Virus genome (UHGV): UHGV-0018639
From: a virus
DNA length: 64,000 nt
Strand: one strand, 5' to 3'
In this document: piece after piece, positions 8,579 to 18,370 of the stretch
Numbering within the stretch: position 1 is the first letter of the stretch
How the letters are laid out: each line of letters starts with the position of its first letter
Made by a program: the position numbers and the translations under genes
The notes under the pieces: model-generated
The model's input: the letters and a program-made list of their open reading frames with translations, nothing else
Told to the model about the DNA's origin: nothing
Databases searched by the model: none

Positions 8579-10005
8579 TGAGTAAAAAGATTACTCAGTT
8601 CGATGTACAGCTATATGGTGATTTACAACCGTACAACCAAGTCCTCTCAAAGTGCCGTTGCCGCGTTTTTTATAAGTACGAAAACCGAAATGGCGTTTTT
8701 ATTACAGATGAGTTTGCTGATAAGCTCATTGCAACTTTGCCTTATGTCCCTGTAAAAGGTATTTACGACAAGTTCAATGACGACTATACTGACCACGGTA
8801 AGAATCGTGATGAAGGCCGTATTTATGGTATTGTGCCTGAATCATATAACTTTGCGTGGGAGCCACACGTTGATGGTGATGGTGTTGAACGTATTTATGC
8901 GTGCTGCGATGTCCTCGTCTTTACGGCTCTTTATCAGGAGGCTAGAGAAATTGTTTCTAAAGGTCAATCAATGGAGCTTTTTGCTCCTTCAATAAAGGGC
9001 GGCTGGAAAACAATTCACGGTCAGCGTTTATTTGTATATACTGATGCTTGTTTCCTTGGGCTTCAAGCTTTAGGGGACGATGTAGAGCCTTGTTTTGAAG
9101 GCGCGGCATTTTTTACTTTATATTCTAACTTACAAGAGGCAGTTGACAAGCTTGAGCAATTTGCTTTAGATAATTCAACTGTCAACAATGGAGGACAAGA
9201 AATGGATAAACTCAATTTCAAACTCAGCGATAGTCAGAAGTTCGATATGCTCTTCTCTGTACTAAATCCTGAGTATAATGAGGAAGGTAATTGGAGTGTT
9301 GCTTACTCTATTTGCTCCGTCTATGACGAATATGCTATTGCGTATGATTATGAAAATAATCGCTACGTGCGGGCTTATTACACTAAGAATGATGATGACG
9401 ATTCAATTTCTCTTGGCGAGGTCGTCGAAGTTTATATTGTTGATGTAACTGAAAGTGAAAAAAAGACTCTCGATACTATTCAGGCAATAAATGGCGGCAG
9501 TTTTGAGAAGGCTGATGAAATTTATTCCAAGAATGAAGAACTAACCAATCAGGTTTCTACTCTTGAGGGTCAAGTTTCTGAGTTCCAGACTCAAGTTGAA
9601 ACTTTCAATTCTGAAAAAGAAAATTTTGAACAGCAAATTGTAGAGCTGAATAACGCAAACGCTACTTTACAAACAGAGAATGAAAATTCTGTCGCAGAAC
9701 TCTCTACTTTGAAGGAAGAAGTTGAACAGCTTCGCGCATTTAGGCTCAACGCCGAAACGGCTGAAAAAGAATCAATTCTCCAAAAGTATTCTAAGTCTCT
9801 TCCTGAAGAAACTCTCAAGAAATATAGCGAGAGTCTTGAGAAGTTTGCGATTGCTGATTTGAAGAAAGAATTGGCCTTTGAAATGGTGGAGCATAATCCA
9901 AATTTATTCAATTTGGAAACTCCCGCTCAGTACGTCCCGAAAGAAGTTCATACGGGCGGTATTGAGGATATCTTATCCAAATATACTAATAAAATGGAGG
10001 ACTAA
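8578..10005 (+). CDS. putative prohead protease / scaffolding protein (N-terminal globular domain, C-terminal ~170-aa coiled coil)
   Basis: 475 aa. The C-terminal heptad-rich segment (NQVSTLEGQVSEFQTQVETF...) is typical of scaffolds. Position is between portal and capsid. Protease assignment is tentative. Confidence 0.4.
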   Translation: MSKKITQFDVQLYGDLQPYNQVLSKCRCRVFYKYENRNGVFITDEFADKLIATLPYVPVKGIYDKFNDDYTDHGKNRDEGRIYGIVPESYNFAWEPHVDGDGVERIYACCDVLVFTALYQEAREIVSKGQSMELFAPSIKGGWKTIHGQRLFVYTDACFLGLQALGDDVEPCFEGAAFFTLYSNLQEAVDKLEQFALDNSTVNNGGQEMDKLNFKLSDSQKFDMLFSVLNPEYNEEGNWSVAYSICSVYDEYAIAYDYENNRYVRAYYTKNDDDDSISLGEVVEVYIVDVTESEKKTLDTIQAINGGSFEKADEIYSKNEELTNQVSTLEGQVSEFQTQVETFNSEKENFEQQIVELNNANATLQTENENSVAELSTLKEEVEQLRAFRLNAETAEKESILQKYSKSLPEETLKKYSESLEKFAIADLKKELAFEMVEHNPNLFNLETPAQYVPKEVHTGGIEDILSKYTNKMED

Positions 10006-10010
10006 TACAT

Positions 10011-10565
10011 ATGGCTATCAAAAGACTCGTTATTGATGGTTTTGGCCAGATTGAGTTAAACAATGTGGCTTTCCGTAGAGACGGTCGCGTTGAAGCCCAG
10101 TGCGCCCTTGACGCCGAGGACTTCGCTAGCGTTCCTGCGGAAAATGGTATGCTTTTGGCCGTTGATAAGGCTAATCGCTGCATAAAATTTTATAATGCTT
10201 CTGAGGATCTTCCTCTGGCAATAAATTATAGTTCTGAGCACCTTTATGATGAGCGCCTCAACGCTCTGAAGGACTTTAGCCTCAAGCCCGGTCAGCTTTA
10301 TCCTCGTATGGGTTATCCCGCTATCGGTGACTTGTTTACTACCAACACACTGTGCTATGACGACACCGAGTATACAAGTGAGGATGCTCTTTTGACTGCA
10401 CTCAAGGCTTGCAATACCGCTGTTGTTTATGCTGGTGCTTCTACCAATGGTGCTTGGAAGGTTTCTGCCACTAAGCCGACTGCTGGTGTTATTGCTAAGG
10501 TTGTCAAGGCTTACAGTATGCCTGATGGTCAGTTCGGCGTTAAGCTCCAGATTCTTGGTTGCTAA
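10011..10565 (+). CDS. hypothetical head protein (possible decoration/minor capsid)
   Basis: ORF track 184 aa, immediately upstream of the major capsid gene. Confidence 0.5.
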   Translation: MAIKRLVIDGFGQIELNNVAFRRDGRVEAQCALDAEDFASVPAENGMLLAVDKANRCIKFYNASEDLPLAINYSSEHLYDERLNALKDFSLKPGQLYPRMGYPAIGDLFTTNTLCYDDTEYTSEDALLTALKACNTAVVYAGASTNGAWKVSATKPTAGVIAKVVKAYSMPDGQFGVKLQILGC

Positions 10566-10584
10566 TTGAGGAGGTATTTTGAAT

Positions 10585-11631
10585 ATGGCTACTATAAAAG
10601 AACTGAAAGACCTCGCTCTCCACGCCGCTAAGGGTACTGCTCCCGCAAACTTCACTCAAGAAAACGTTGAGGATGCTTTCCGTGGTGAGATGGGCAAGCT
10701 CGCTTCTTCTTTGAACGAGTTCAATCGTAATAAGTACGATATTTTTGAGATTATAATGAGTGCCGCCGATGAAATCGTTCCTAATAAGGTTATTTCCGGT
10801 ATGGCTCCGTTTGCTGAAGTTCAGCAAGTTGCCTTTAAGCAGAAGGCCGTCTTCCGTCGTCGTGTTGGTCAGAACCGCGCTAAGCTGTTCCTTACCCGTG
10901 CGGCTGCGGCTGGTGTTTATGAGACTTTCCGTCTTGACCACACTGATTTCACCGTTGAAACTTATGCGATCGGTGGCGCGACCACTATCGACTTCCAGCG
11001 TTTCCTTGATGGCGCTGAGACTATGTCCGAGCTTATGGATATCGTGACCGAAGGCATGGTTGACGTTATCTATGGTGAAGTTCAGCGTGCGCTGAAGGAT
11101 GCTATCAATGCGGCTGGTCGTCCTGCGGCTAACAAGTATTCCGGCAACTCCTTCGATGGTACTGAAATGATGAAGCTTATTTCTGTTGTCAAGGCTTACG
11201 GCTCTAGCGCTGTTATCTTTGCTCCTCCTGAGTTCGTTGCCGCTATGGGTCCGGATGCTATCGTTCCTGTCGGCACTAACTATCAAGGTGTTTATCATCC
11301 TCAGGACATCGATGCAATTCACAACACTGGCTATGTTAATCTGTTCCGTGGTACTCCCATTGTTCAGATTCCTCAGTCCTTTATTGACGAGAGCAACACC
11401 AAGACTTGGATTGACCCACAGTTTGCTTACATTCTTCCTGCTGGTAAGGAAAAGGTTGTCAAGGTTGTTCTTGAGGGCGGCCAGCAAATGTACGACTTCC
11501 AGAACCGCGACGCTTCTATGGAACTTCACACCTACCGTCTGATGGGCGTTGCTATTCTGGCACATCACAACTGGGCGATTTACCAGAACACTGGTATCAC
11601 CGAGACTGTTGATTCCCCTTACGATATATAA
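10585..11631 (+). CDS. major capsid protein (HK97-fold family, putative)
   Basis: About 349 aa. GC and codon usage are clearly higher than the flanks, suggesting high expression. A strong RBS gaggaggt is 9 nt upstream of ATG 10585, and a strong terminator follows. ORF track start 10579 is an upstream TTG. Confidence 0.7.
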   Translation: MATIKELKDLALHAAKGTAPANFTQENVEDAFRGEMGKLASSLNEFNRNKYDIFEIIMSAADEIVPNKVISGMAPFAEVQQVAFKQKAVFRRRVGQNRAKLFLTRAAAAGVYETFRLDHTDFTVETYAIGGATTIDFQRFLDGAETMSELMDIVTEGMVDVIYGEVQRALKDAINAAGRPAANKYSGNSFDGTEMMKLISVVKAYGSSAVIFAPPEFVAAMGPDAIVPVGTNYQGVYHPQDIDAIHNTGYVNLFRGTPIVQIPQSFIDESNTKTWIDPQFAYILPAGKEKVVKVVLEGGQQMYDFQNRDASMELHTYRLMGVAILAHHNWAIYQNTGITETVDSPYDI

Positions 11632-11642
11632 TTGAGTTATAA

Positions 11643-11680
11643 AGAGGGAGGGAGTTTCTCCCTTCCTCTATTTTATTTTA
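11643..11680 (+). terminator. rho-independent terminator after the capsid gene
   Basis: GC-rich hairpin agagggagggag-tttc-tcccttcctct followed by a T-run. Confidence 0.65.
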
Positions 11681-11701
11681 GGAGTAAAGGAGTTTTTATT
11701 A

Positions 11702-12180
11702 TGGATAAGAAAAAGATTGCTATTACAAGTCAGGTCAATGGCCGTGTTGGCATCAATGTGCCTGAGATGCGTTTCAAGAAAACTTGGGAAAAGAAAGGTC
11801 AAAAGGTTCTTGTGGATGCAGAGATATTGGAAGAGATTTTTTATGACCCCGGCGTTGAGTATATGTTCCGTCAGGGCATTTTGTATATAGAGGATATGGA
11901 CTTCAAGAAAGAAGTCGGTTTGGAGCCTAATGATGCAAAAGAGCCTGTCAATATTGTCAAGATTGATGATGCAAAGCTTGCTCGTGCGCTTGGTCCCATG
12001 CCGGTTAGTGAATTTAGGAAGTTCTTTGAGCCGCTTACAACTGAACAGAAGCATCAAGTTGCTGACTATGCTATTACTCACGAATGTACTGATTTTAATA
12101 AGAGTGAGATAATTCAAAAGGCCATTGGCATTAATGTCATAAGCGCAATTCAGTTGAATAGGCAGGCTAAGGCTGAATAA
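11702..12180 (+). CDS. hypothetical head-associated protein
   Basis: ORF in the 11632..12180 frame. The ATG at 11702 follows the RBS aaggag. 159 aa. Confidence 0.55.
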
Positions 12181-12191
12181 GGAGGTTATAT

Positions 12192-12620
12192 ATGACCCCT
12201 ATCAAAAAAGTATATAATGCGTTTCTTGTTAAAATTTTGGATGATGAATGGGCACAGTGGCTTTGGGAAGAAGTTCATCAGGATTTGAAAGAACTTTATC
12301 TTAGTGCGGCGGTTTGGTTTAAGTTTCCTCGCAATGATATTAGTTTAGCTGATGATACTCACATAGCAGGTGACCTTGATGACTCAGAAATCCAAATTTT
12401 AGCTGTACGTATGAAAGTTGAGTGGTTGAACCGCTCAATTATGACTTGGGAGAATATCAAACCTCTTTATGAGGAAAGAGATTTCTCTCAGGCCAATATG
12501 TTAGATAAACTTTGTTCAGCTCTTGAGAAAGAAGAAAAGCGGGCAAACCGTTTGGAAAGTACTTATTATCGCTCAAGAGATAAGAAATCCTTTGGCTATT
12601 CTAAATTGGCAGGTGGCTAA
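12192..12620 (+). CDS. head-tail connector/adaptor protein (putative)
   Basis: 142 aa. Size and position are typical of head-tail adaptors. Confidence 0.45.
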   Translation: MTPIKKVYNAFLVKILDDEWAQWLWEEVHQDLKELYLSAAVWFKFPRNDISLADDTHIAGDLDDSEIQILAVRMKVEWLNRSIMTWENIKPLYEERDFSQANMLDKLCSALEKEEKRANRLESTYYRSRDKKSFGYSKLAGG

Positions 12621-12621
12621 T

Positions 12622-12888
12622 ATGGAATATGCTGAGGAAATGAAAGAAGGCTATGATAACAAGCTAAAAAATAAAATTTTTCATCTGCTTTGTGAGTATG
12701 AGGAGAATGGAGAATGGGAAAAGTTTTTGGATAGTATTCTAATTGAACTGATGGGCGTTGATGAAAGTGAGCGCTCAATCAATTATTATATTTTATTCAA
12801 AAAACTTTCTAGCTTGAAATATCTTAGCTACAAATATTTTCGAACAACAATTTTTGATTGTATGTCTCTTATAGGAGGCGGTTTGTGA
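12622..12888 (+). CDS. hypothetical protein (head-tail joining region)
   Basis: The ATG at 12622 is within ORF 12523..12888 and is coupled to the upstream stop. Confidence 0.5.
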   Translation: MEYAEEMKEGYDNKLKNKIFHLLCEYEENGEWEKFLDSILIELMGVDESERSINYYILFKKLSSLKYLSYKYFRTTIFDCMSLIGGGL

Positions 12889-13613
12889 TGGACTATTTTG
12901 AAGACGTATATCTTAAACGTCTGAACCGCTACGGGATAGATTATCAATCCCGTGTTCAGAATAAGCGCGAAAAGGAGTTTGAAGATTATTTGCTCAAGTC
13001 CGTTTATCGTGTTGATTTTGAATATGAGGATGCTATACATCCCGGAATCCTTGAAAAATATAAACAAGATGAAACTCAAACCTTGCAATATTTGCTGACT
13101 CGAAGAAAGCTAAACATTCCAAATGGTACTATCCTTATGATAGAAAACAAAGATGGGATTCTGAAGCCTTGGATGATTTATTGGATGGAGGAAATTTCCG
13201 CCAGTGGGTATAACAAATATATTGTATTACGAATGTCTCATTACATTCAGTGGATATCCCGTGCTGGAAAGCAATGTTCTACTTGGGCTTATATGTATGG
13301 ACAAGAGGACAATATGCTCAAAGACGAACTTAAGTCTAGAAGCCGCTCCGCTGGTCTATATACCGAAAATCTTAAAATGAGTTTCTTCATAATGCCAACA
13401 AATGCAGATTTACGAAAAGACGATTATTTTGAGACAGGTGAGGGCGACCTTAAAGAAGGCTATCGCGTGACAGGTTATGATATACAGTCTGACCTTGGAG
13501 TTGAATTCGTCACTGTTGATCCTGTATATTTGTTTGATCTAACGCCTGCTCCGGAAAAAACCGAGGAAGACAGTGAGGATGATTTCTTCTGGTTGAATGG
13601 AGGTAAGGAGTAA
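12888..13613 (+). CDS. hypothetical protein (head closure/tail completion region)
   Basis: ATG 12888 overlaps the upstream TGA. The RBS aggaggcgg is 7 nt upstream. 241 aa. Confidence 0.55.
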   Translation: MDYFEDVYLKRLNRYGIDYQSRVQNKREKEFEDYLLKSVYRVDFEYEDAIHPGILEKYKQDETQTLQYLLTRRKLNIPNGTILMIENKDGILKPWMIYWMEEISASGYNKYIVLRMSHYIQWISRAGKQCSTWAYMYGQEDNMLKDELKSRSRSAGLYTENLKMSFFIMPTNADLRKDDYFETGEGDLKEGYRVTGYDIQSDLGVEFVTVDPVYLFDLTPAPEKTEEDSEDDFFWLNGGKE

Positions 13614-14104
13614 TGGGAGTTAGAAATTGCGCTGATATTGGAGAGAACCTTCAAAAGATTATAAGTCGCTTGATGGATAATCAGAATTTGTTGAAATATT
13701 TGTACTATTCTGATAAAGACCCCTTATCCAATCCTGATTTGACTGATGAACAAATCAAAAAGGAAATTTTTGAAAAAATTGTCAAAGTGACGCCCCGTAT
13801 TGGCTCTAAAGAAACTGCGCAGTCATTGATACTTGTACGGTGTAGTCAAGGGAGCCGGTTAGGTGCGAATAGCGAATTCAAGTTGATAAATTTTATTATT
13901 GAAATTTATGTTCCTGATACTCAGTGGCTCATCAAAGGACAAAATTTGCGGCCTTTCGCTATAATGGGAGAAATTCAAAAGTCTCTTGACGGAAAGCTTA
14001 TTAATGGACTTGGTAAGCTAACTGGTGGTGATTTTCAATATAACTTCTCAAGTGAAGAAATGACTTGCTATTTTCAAAATTTTGAGGTTATAGCATATGA
14101 TTAA
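13613..14104 (+). CDS. hypothetical protein (tail completion region)
   Basis: ORF track 163 aa, translationally coupled. Confidence 0.5.
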   Translation: MGVRNCADIGENLQKIISRLMDNQNLLKYLYYSDKDPLSNPDLTDEQIKKEIFEKIVKVTPRIGSKETAQSLILVRCSQGSRLGANSEFKLINFIIEIYVPDTQWLIKGQNLRPFAIMGEIQKSLDGKLINGLGKLTGGDFQYNFSSEEMTCYFQNFEVIAYD

Positions 14105-14831
14105 TGAAAATTTTTTCATTGGTGAGCCTATTCATTTCAAAAACTTATGTAAAATTTATCCCGCAAAAGTTAGAGAAGTTATAACAAATGAAGAGCTAGG
14201 TTTATATCAACAACTCCTATTCATAACGCAAGATGAGTTGCGAGACAAATGGTTTGAAGAGAAAATTGAAGGTGAACCCTTTACGCCATTTCAATTCGTA
14301 TTAAATTATGCGCGAGCTGGTGAAGGCCGCGAAGAAATGGTAAGTCGCGCTTTTCAGTTTTTCATTCACGAGCCGGTTTCTTTCTTGTTTGATATGAATA
14401 TGATTGTCATTGGAGATCTGAAAGAAGAACTCAAAAAAATTGATTCCGTCGATGAATTGCGGCTTTTGAAGGAAGAAGATTATTTTGATTTTCAAAATCT
14501 CTTGCGCGAATCATTTGGTGATTCACCAGTTGGTCCACCTGACCCGCCTGATCTTGACCCACGCATTGCACGCATCAAAAGATTAGGTCGAAAGAGAGAT
14601 AAACTGGCCGCCAAAAAAGGTTTGAAATTTTCTGATCTAATGACATCTATTTGTTGTATGGGAATTGGGATAACTCCACTTAATATTGGAGAGTTGAGCA
14701 AATGCGCAATTTCGGCATTACTTCAGAGCTATCAAGCCAAAGAAAAATTTGACTTAGACGCTCGAAGTTTACTTGCCGGAGCGGATAAAAATAAGGTAAA
14801 AATTGAATATTGGATAAAAAATTTTGAATAA
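14097..14831 (+). CDS. hypothetical protein
   Basis: ORF track 244 aa, overlaps the previous gene by 8 nt. Confidence 0.5.
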   Translation: MINENFFIGEPIHFKNLCKIYPAKVREVITNEELGLYQQLLFITQDELRDKWFEEKIEGEPFTPFQFVLNYARAGEGREEMVSRAFQFFIHEPVSFLFDMNMIVIGDLKEELKKIDSVDELRLLKEEDYFDFQNLLRESFGDSPVGPPDPPDLDPRIARIKRLGRKRDKLAAKKGLKFSDLMTSICCMGIGITPLNIGELSKCAISALLQSYQAKEKFDLDARSLLAGADKNKVKIEYWIKNFE

Positions 14832-14848
14832 ATAGGAGGCTATTTTTG

Positions 14849-15592
14849 ATGGCTAATCTGTTAGATAAATATGGCATCAAAGAGGTCGCTGACGTAGTTT
14901 TCTATAAAATAAATCCTGACGGTAGCCGTGGCGCACCTGTCCTTTATTTGGACACCCTCAAGGTTAGCACCATTGAGCAGACCGCAGAAAACGTCGCGGC
15001 TCGTGGTGGTAAGGGTAACCCTGAACTCATAATTTGGGACTTCAATAAAGAAATAACCCTTACTCTGCAGGATGCTTTGTTCTCAGCTAAGTCTCTTGCT
15101 ATGATGTTTGGCTCTGAAGCAGTAAATGCCACTCATTTGGTCAAGACTTTAGCGAAAGATGAGGTAACTTCTGAAGGTGCAAAGTATTACTTTACCGATA
15201 TGAATGGCAAGAAAGTCGAACTCAAGCAGCCGCATTGGTATAAAGCAACTGGTGAGGAAGATACTACTACCGATCATACCGACGCTGTTTTTGTGACGGG
15301 TGATGTCGATATCACTGGCTACGAGTTCTCTATTGATGCGCAAAAGTTCCCTGACACTTATTATGTCACTGGCGATACCTATGCACGTAGCCAAGCCACT
15401 GGTGAGGATGAATATCTTCAGTTCATCGTTCAGAAAGCTAAGATGCTGTCTGAGGTCACTCTTACCATGGAGGCTGAAGGTGATCCCGCTGTCTTCGATA
15501 TGAACCTTAAGGTTCTTCGCCCAGCGGACGGTAAGATGCTCAAACTTGTTAAGTATGACTTTACTGCTGCCGCTGCTGGCAGCGATGGCTAA
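14849..15592 (+). CDS. putative major tail (tube) protein
   Basis: 247 aa. GC and codon usage are elevated. The RBS aggagg is upstream of ATG 14849. A strong terminator follows. It has a paralog in the next gene. Confidence 0.55.
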   Translation: MANLLDKYGIKEVADVVFYKINPDGSRGAPVLYLDTLKVSTIEQTAENVAARGGKGNPELIIWDFNKEITLTLQDALFSAKSLAMMFGSEAVNATHLVKTLAKDEVTSEGAKYYFTDMNGKKVELKQPHWYKATGEEDTTTDHTDAVFVTGDVDITGYEFSIDAQKFPDTYYVTGDTYARSQATGEDEYLQFIVQKAKMLSEVTLTMEAEGDPAVFDMNLKVLRPADGKMLKLVKYDFTAAAAGSDG

Positions 15593-15606
15593 TTTTATAA
15601 ACCCCT

Positions 15607-15643
15607 GAGTAGGTGGTGTCTTACCACCTACTCATTTTTTTTA
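15607..15643 (+). terminator. rho-independent terminator
   Basis: Perfect hairpin gagtaggtggt-gtct-taccacctactc followed by ttttttttt. Confidence 0.8.
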
Positions 15644-15659
15644 TTTAGGAGGACAGGAG

Positions 15660-16439
15660 ATGGATTACCAACAATTTTCCTTGAAGGAACTTTATCAAGT
15701 TTCTTTAAAGGCTAACTATGAGTTGGAAATCAACGGTCAAAAGTTCTACCCCGGAGATGTTATTACAACTTTTGATCATATTCAACTTGCTAATTTTGGA
15801 GAGATTCGTCAATTTGTTGCTGCAAGAGGCGGTTTTGACAACCGCGCACAAGTAATTTGGGACACTGTTCAAGAAGTTCCTTTGTCGTTTGCTCAAGGAG
15901 TTTTTTCTCGTGAGCAAATGGCAGTTATGAATAACTTGAGGCTTGTTTCACAAGAAAACTCTAACTTGACACTTACTCAAACTGAGTATTGTGAAAGCGA
16001 CGAAAACGGCATTATTATTTTGCGGCATGAACCATTGACAAACTTACACGTGCGCGCAGTCGATGGACAAGCTATAAGCTACACGATTGACAAGAATGAG
16101 CTTACACTAAGCAGGCATTATTGTAATTGCATTGTGTCTTACAATTTTGAATATAAGAATCCCATAACTAACCTCATTGTGGGAGAACGATTTTTGAATG
16201 GATTTTTATCATTGGAAGGCCGCACACGTTTCAAGGATGACAAAACCGGCGCAAATCATACTGGTATAATTCAAATACCAAAACTGAAAATTGTTTCAAA
16301 GTTTTCGCTTCAATTGGGCGAAAATGCTGCCCCAGTCAATGGCTCGTTCGATGCGATTGCGTATCCAGTGGGGCCGCGAGGCAGTGTTAGAATTGTTGAT
16401 TTGTGGCTTCTCAATGAAGATATAGATGCGGATTTCTAA
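15660..16439 (+). CDS. tail tube-like protein, paralog of 14849..15592
   Basis: 259 aa. It shares the block VAARGG..(x)IWD...L..Q..FS with the preceding protein. It occupies the slot where tail chaperones usually lie. Confidence 0.45.
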   Translation: MDYQQFSLKELYQVSLKANYELEINGQKFYPGDVITTFDHIQLANFGEIRQFVAARGGFDNRAQVIWDTVQEVPLSFAQGVFSREQMAVMNNLRLVSQENSNLTLTQTEYCESDENGIIILRHEPLTNLHVRAVDGQAISYTIDKNELTLSRHYCNCIVSYNFEYKNPITNLIVGERFLNGFLSLEGRTRFKDDKTGANHTGIIQIPKLKIVSKFSLQLGENAAPVNGSFDAIAYPVGPRGSVRIVDLWLLNEDIDADF

Positions 16440-16453
16440 AGGAGGAGTAAAGG

Positions 16454-18370
16454 ATGCCTACAAATAGGACAGTGTCTGGGACAATCAACCTAAAGGCGCT
16501 TTTGGATGTTAGTCAGATTAGGAAAGCGGCTAGTGATATTGAAAATGCGTTGAGTGGAGTTTCGCTTCCGAAGAATATTAGTTCTGATTTGACGAAGAAG
16601 TTAAATCAGATGAAGGGAGAAATGACTCGTCTTGATCAGATTCTTGCAGGCGATATTACGGCTGATAGCTCTAAAGAAGCATTGAATTCAGCTCAAAGGA
16701 TTCTCAAAGCTTATAGCGATATAAAAGTTGCAGTTGCACAAGCCGCCAATTTGTCAAATGCGCAACTTAAGAAACTTTTTCCTGAATCAGTAGCTGAAAA
16801 CATTGAGAAAGCAAATAGGGCGCTTGAGAAGTATAATTCTAATTTAGAGAAATATAATAGAGGCATTACTAGTAGAAAAGGCAATATAACAAAACAACAG
16901 AACCGTGAAGCTGAACTTCAACGAAAACTCGCGGCTGAACAAGCTAAACCAACAAATGCTACCGTCAATGGGCAAGTTTATAATGCAAAAGATTTGCGAG
17001 ATCAAGCAAGCGCAGCTCAGAAAGAGATAGATAATGCTCAAAAGAAAATGCAGCAGTGGTATAATGCCAAAGCTGGACGAGAGAATCTTTCCGAAGGGCA
17101 AAAACGTAAATCTAGCACTTATCGACAGATTGCTGATGAGTTAGAAGCAGCAAAGAAAAAACTGAAAGAATTTACAGATGCACAAGCTACTGTTCAAGAC
17201 TCGTCTGCAATAAGCAGCCTTATTAGTCAAATAACTACTGTGCAAGGGAAGATTAAAGATGCTCAAAAAGCATTACAAGATTTCCAAGCGAACAATAGTG
17301 GAACGGCTGACTTTTCAACATTGCGCGCTGAACTTGAAAAACTTGGCATTGATATGTCAAATTTGCCTCAAGATGTCGATGGTGCGAGACAGGCGATCGC
17401 TAAACTGACAAATGATGAACTATCCAAAATTCAGTCGCAAATCAGCGGCGTGGTTTCAGCCACTGATAAAGGCTCTGGTGCTTTTGATAATTATGCTAGC
17501 GGTGCAAATCGTGCGCGAGATGCTGTCCGTCAGCTAACAAATCAAGAGCGCGAACTTCAGCAGTTCCAGTCTCGTGTTGAATACTTCTTTGGTTTCAACA
17601 ATAGCGTTCAGCTTTTGAAAAATGCTGTGCGCGATGCTATTGACACAGTAAAAGACCTTGACGAGGCAATGACTGAGACTGCTGTTGTCACTGACTTTAG
17701 CGTTGGTGATATGTGGAAACAGTTGCCGAAATATACCGATGAAGCTAACAAGCTTGGCGCGACAGTAAAAGGCGCATATGAAACATTGACATTGTTCTAC
17801 CAACAGGGTTTGAATCAGAATCAGGCTTGGGATTTGGGTATTGAGACAATGAAGATGGCCCGTATTGCGGGATTGGACTATGCTAATGCCACTGATCTTA
17901 TGACTAGTGCCTTGCGCGGCTTCAATATGGAGCTAAATCAAGTTTCTTCTCAACGTGTCAATGACGTCTATTCTGAATTAGCTGCTATAACCGCTTCAGA
18001 CGTTGAAGAACTCGGTATTGCAATGAGCAAGACAGCGTCTTTGGCTCATTCTGCTAATATGGAATTTGAGACGACCGCGGCTCTGTTAACACAAGGCGTC
18101 GAAGCGACTCGCGAGAGTCCTGAAACTATTGGTACTAGCTTGAAAACTGTAATAGCTCGTTTTACAGAAGTAAAAGAGCTATTCACAAAAGATCAATTGA
18201 TGGGCACCGACAGTGAAGGCCAAGTTATCAATATAAATAAAATTGATACTGCCCTTCAGACGGTCGGTATTGATTTGAAAAAATTCTTACTCGGCGAGGA
18301 AGGTTTGGATGATGTTTTGCTCCAACTTTCCTCTCGTTGGAATACATTAGACTTAGCAACGCAGAGATAT
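16454..18370 (+). CDS. tail tape measure protein, exon 1 (639 codons, TP901-family core: ...ALQTVGIDLK...SRWNTLDLATQRY)
   Basis: ORF track 16454..18388. The exon ends at U18370. P1 is agauaU(18365-70):Guaucu(18379-84). The last 6 codons of the ORF track are intron-encoded. Confidence 0.75.

Noticed and set aside
10056-11568. Long minus-strand ORFs (199 and 342 aa) antisense to the head genes. Similar antisense ORFs lie inside the tape measure, tail fibre and DnaE genes.
   Set aside because: They are antisense to high-confidence genes. They lack RBSs and appear because of the codon bias of the sense strand.
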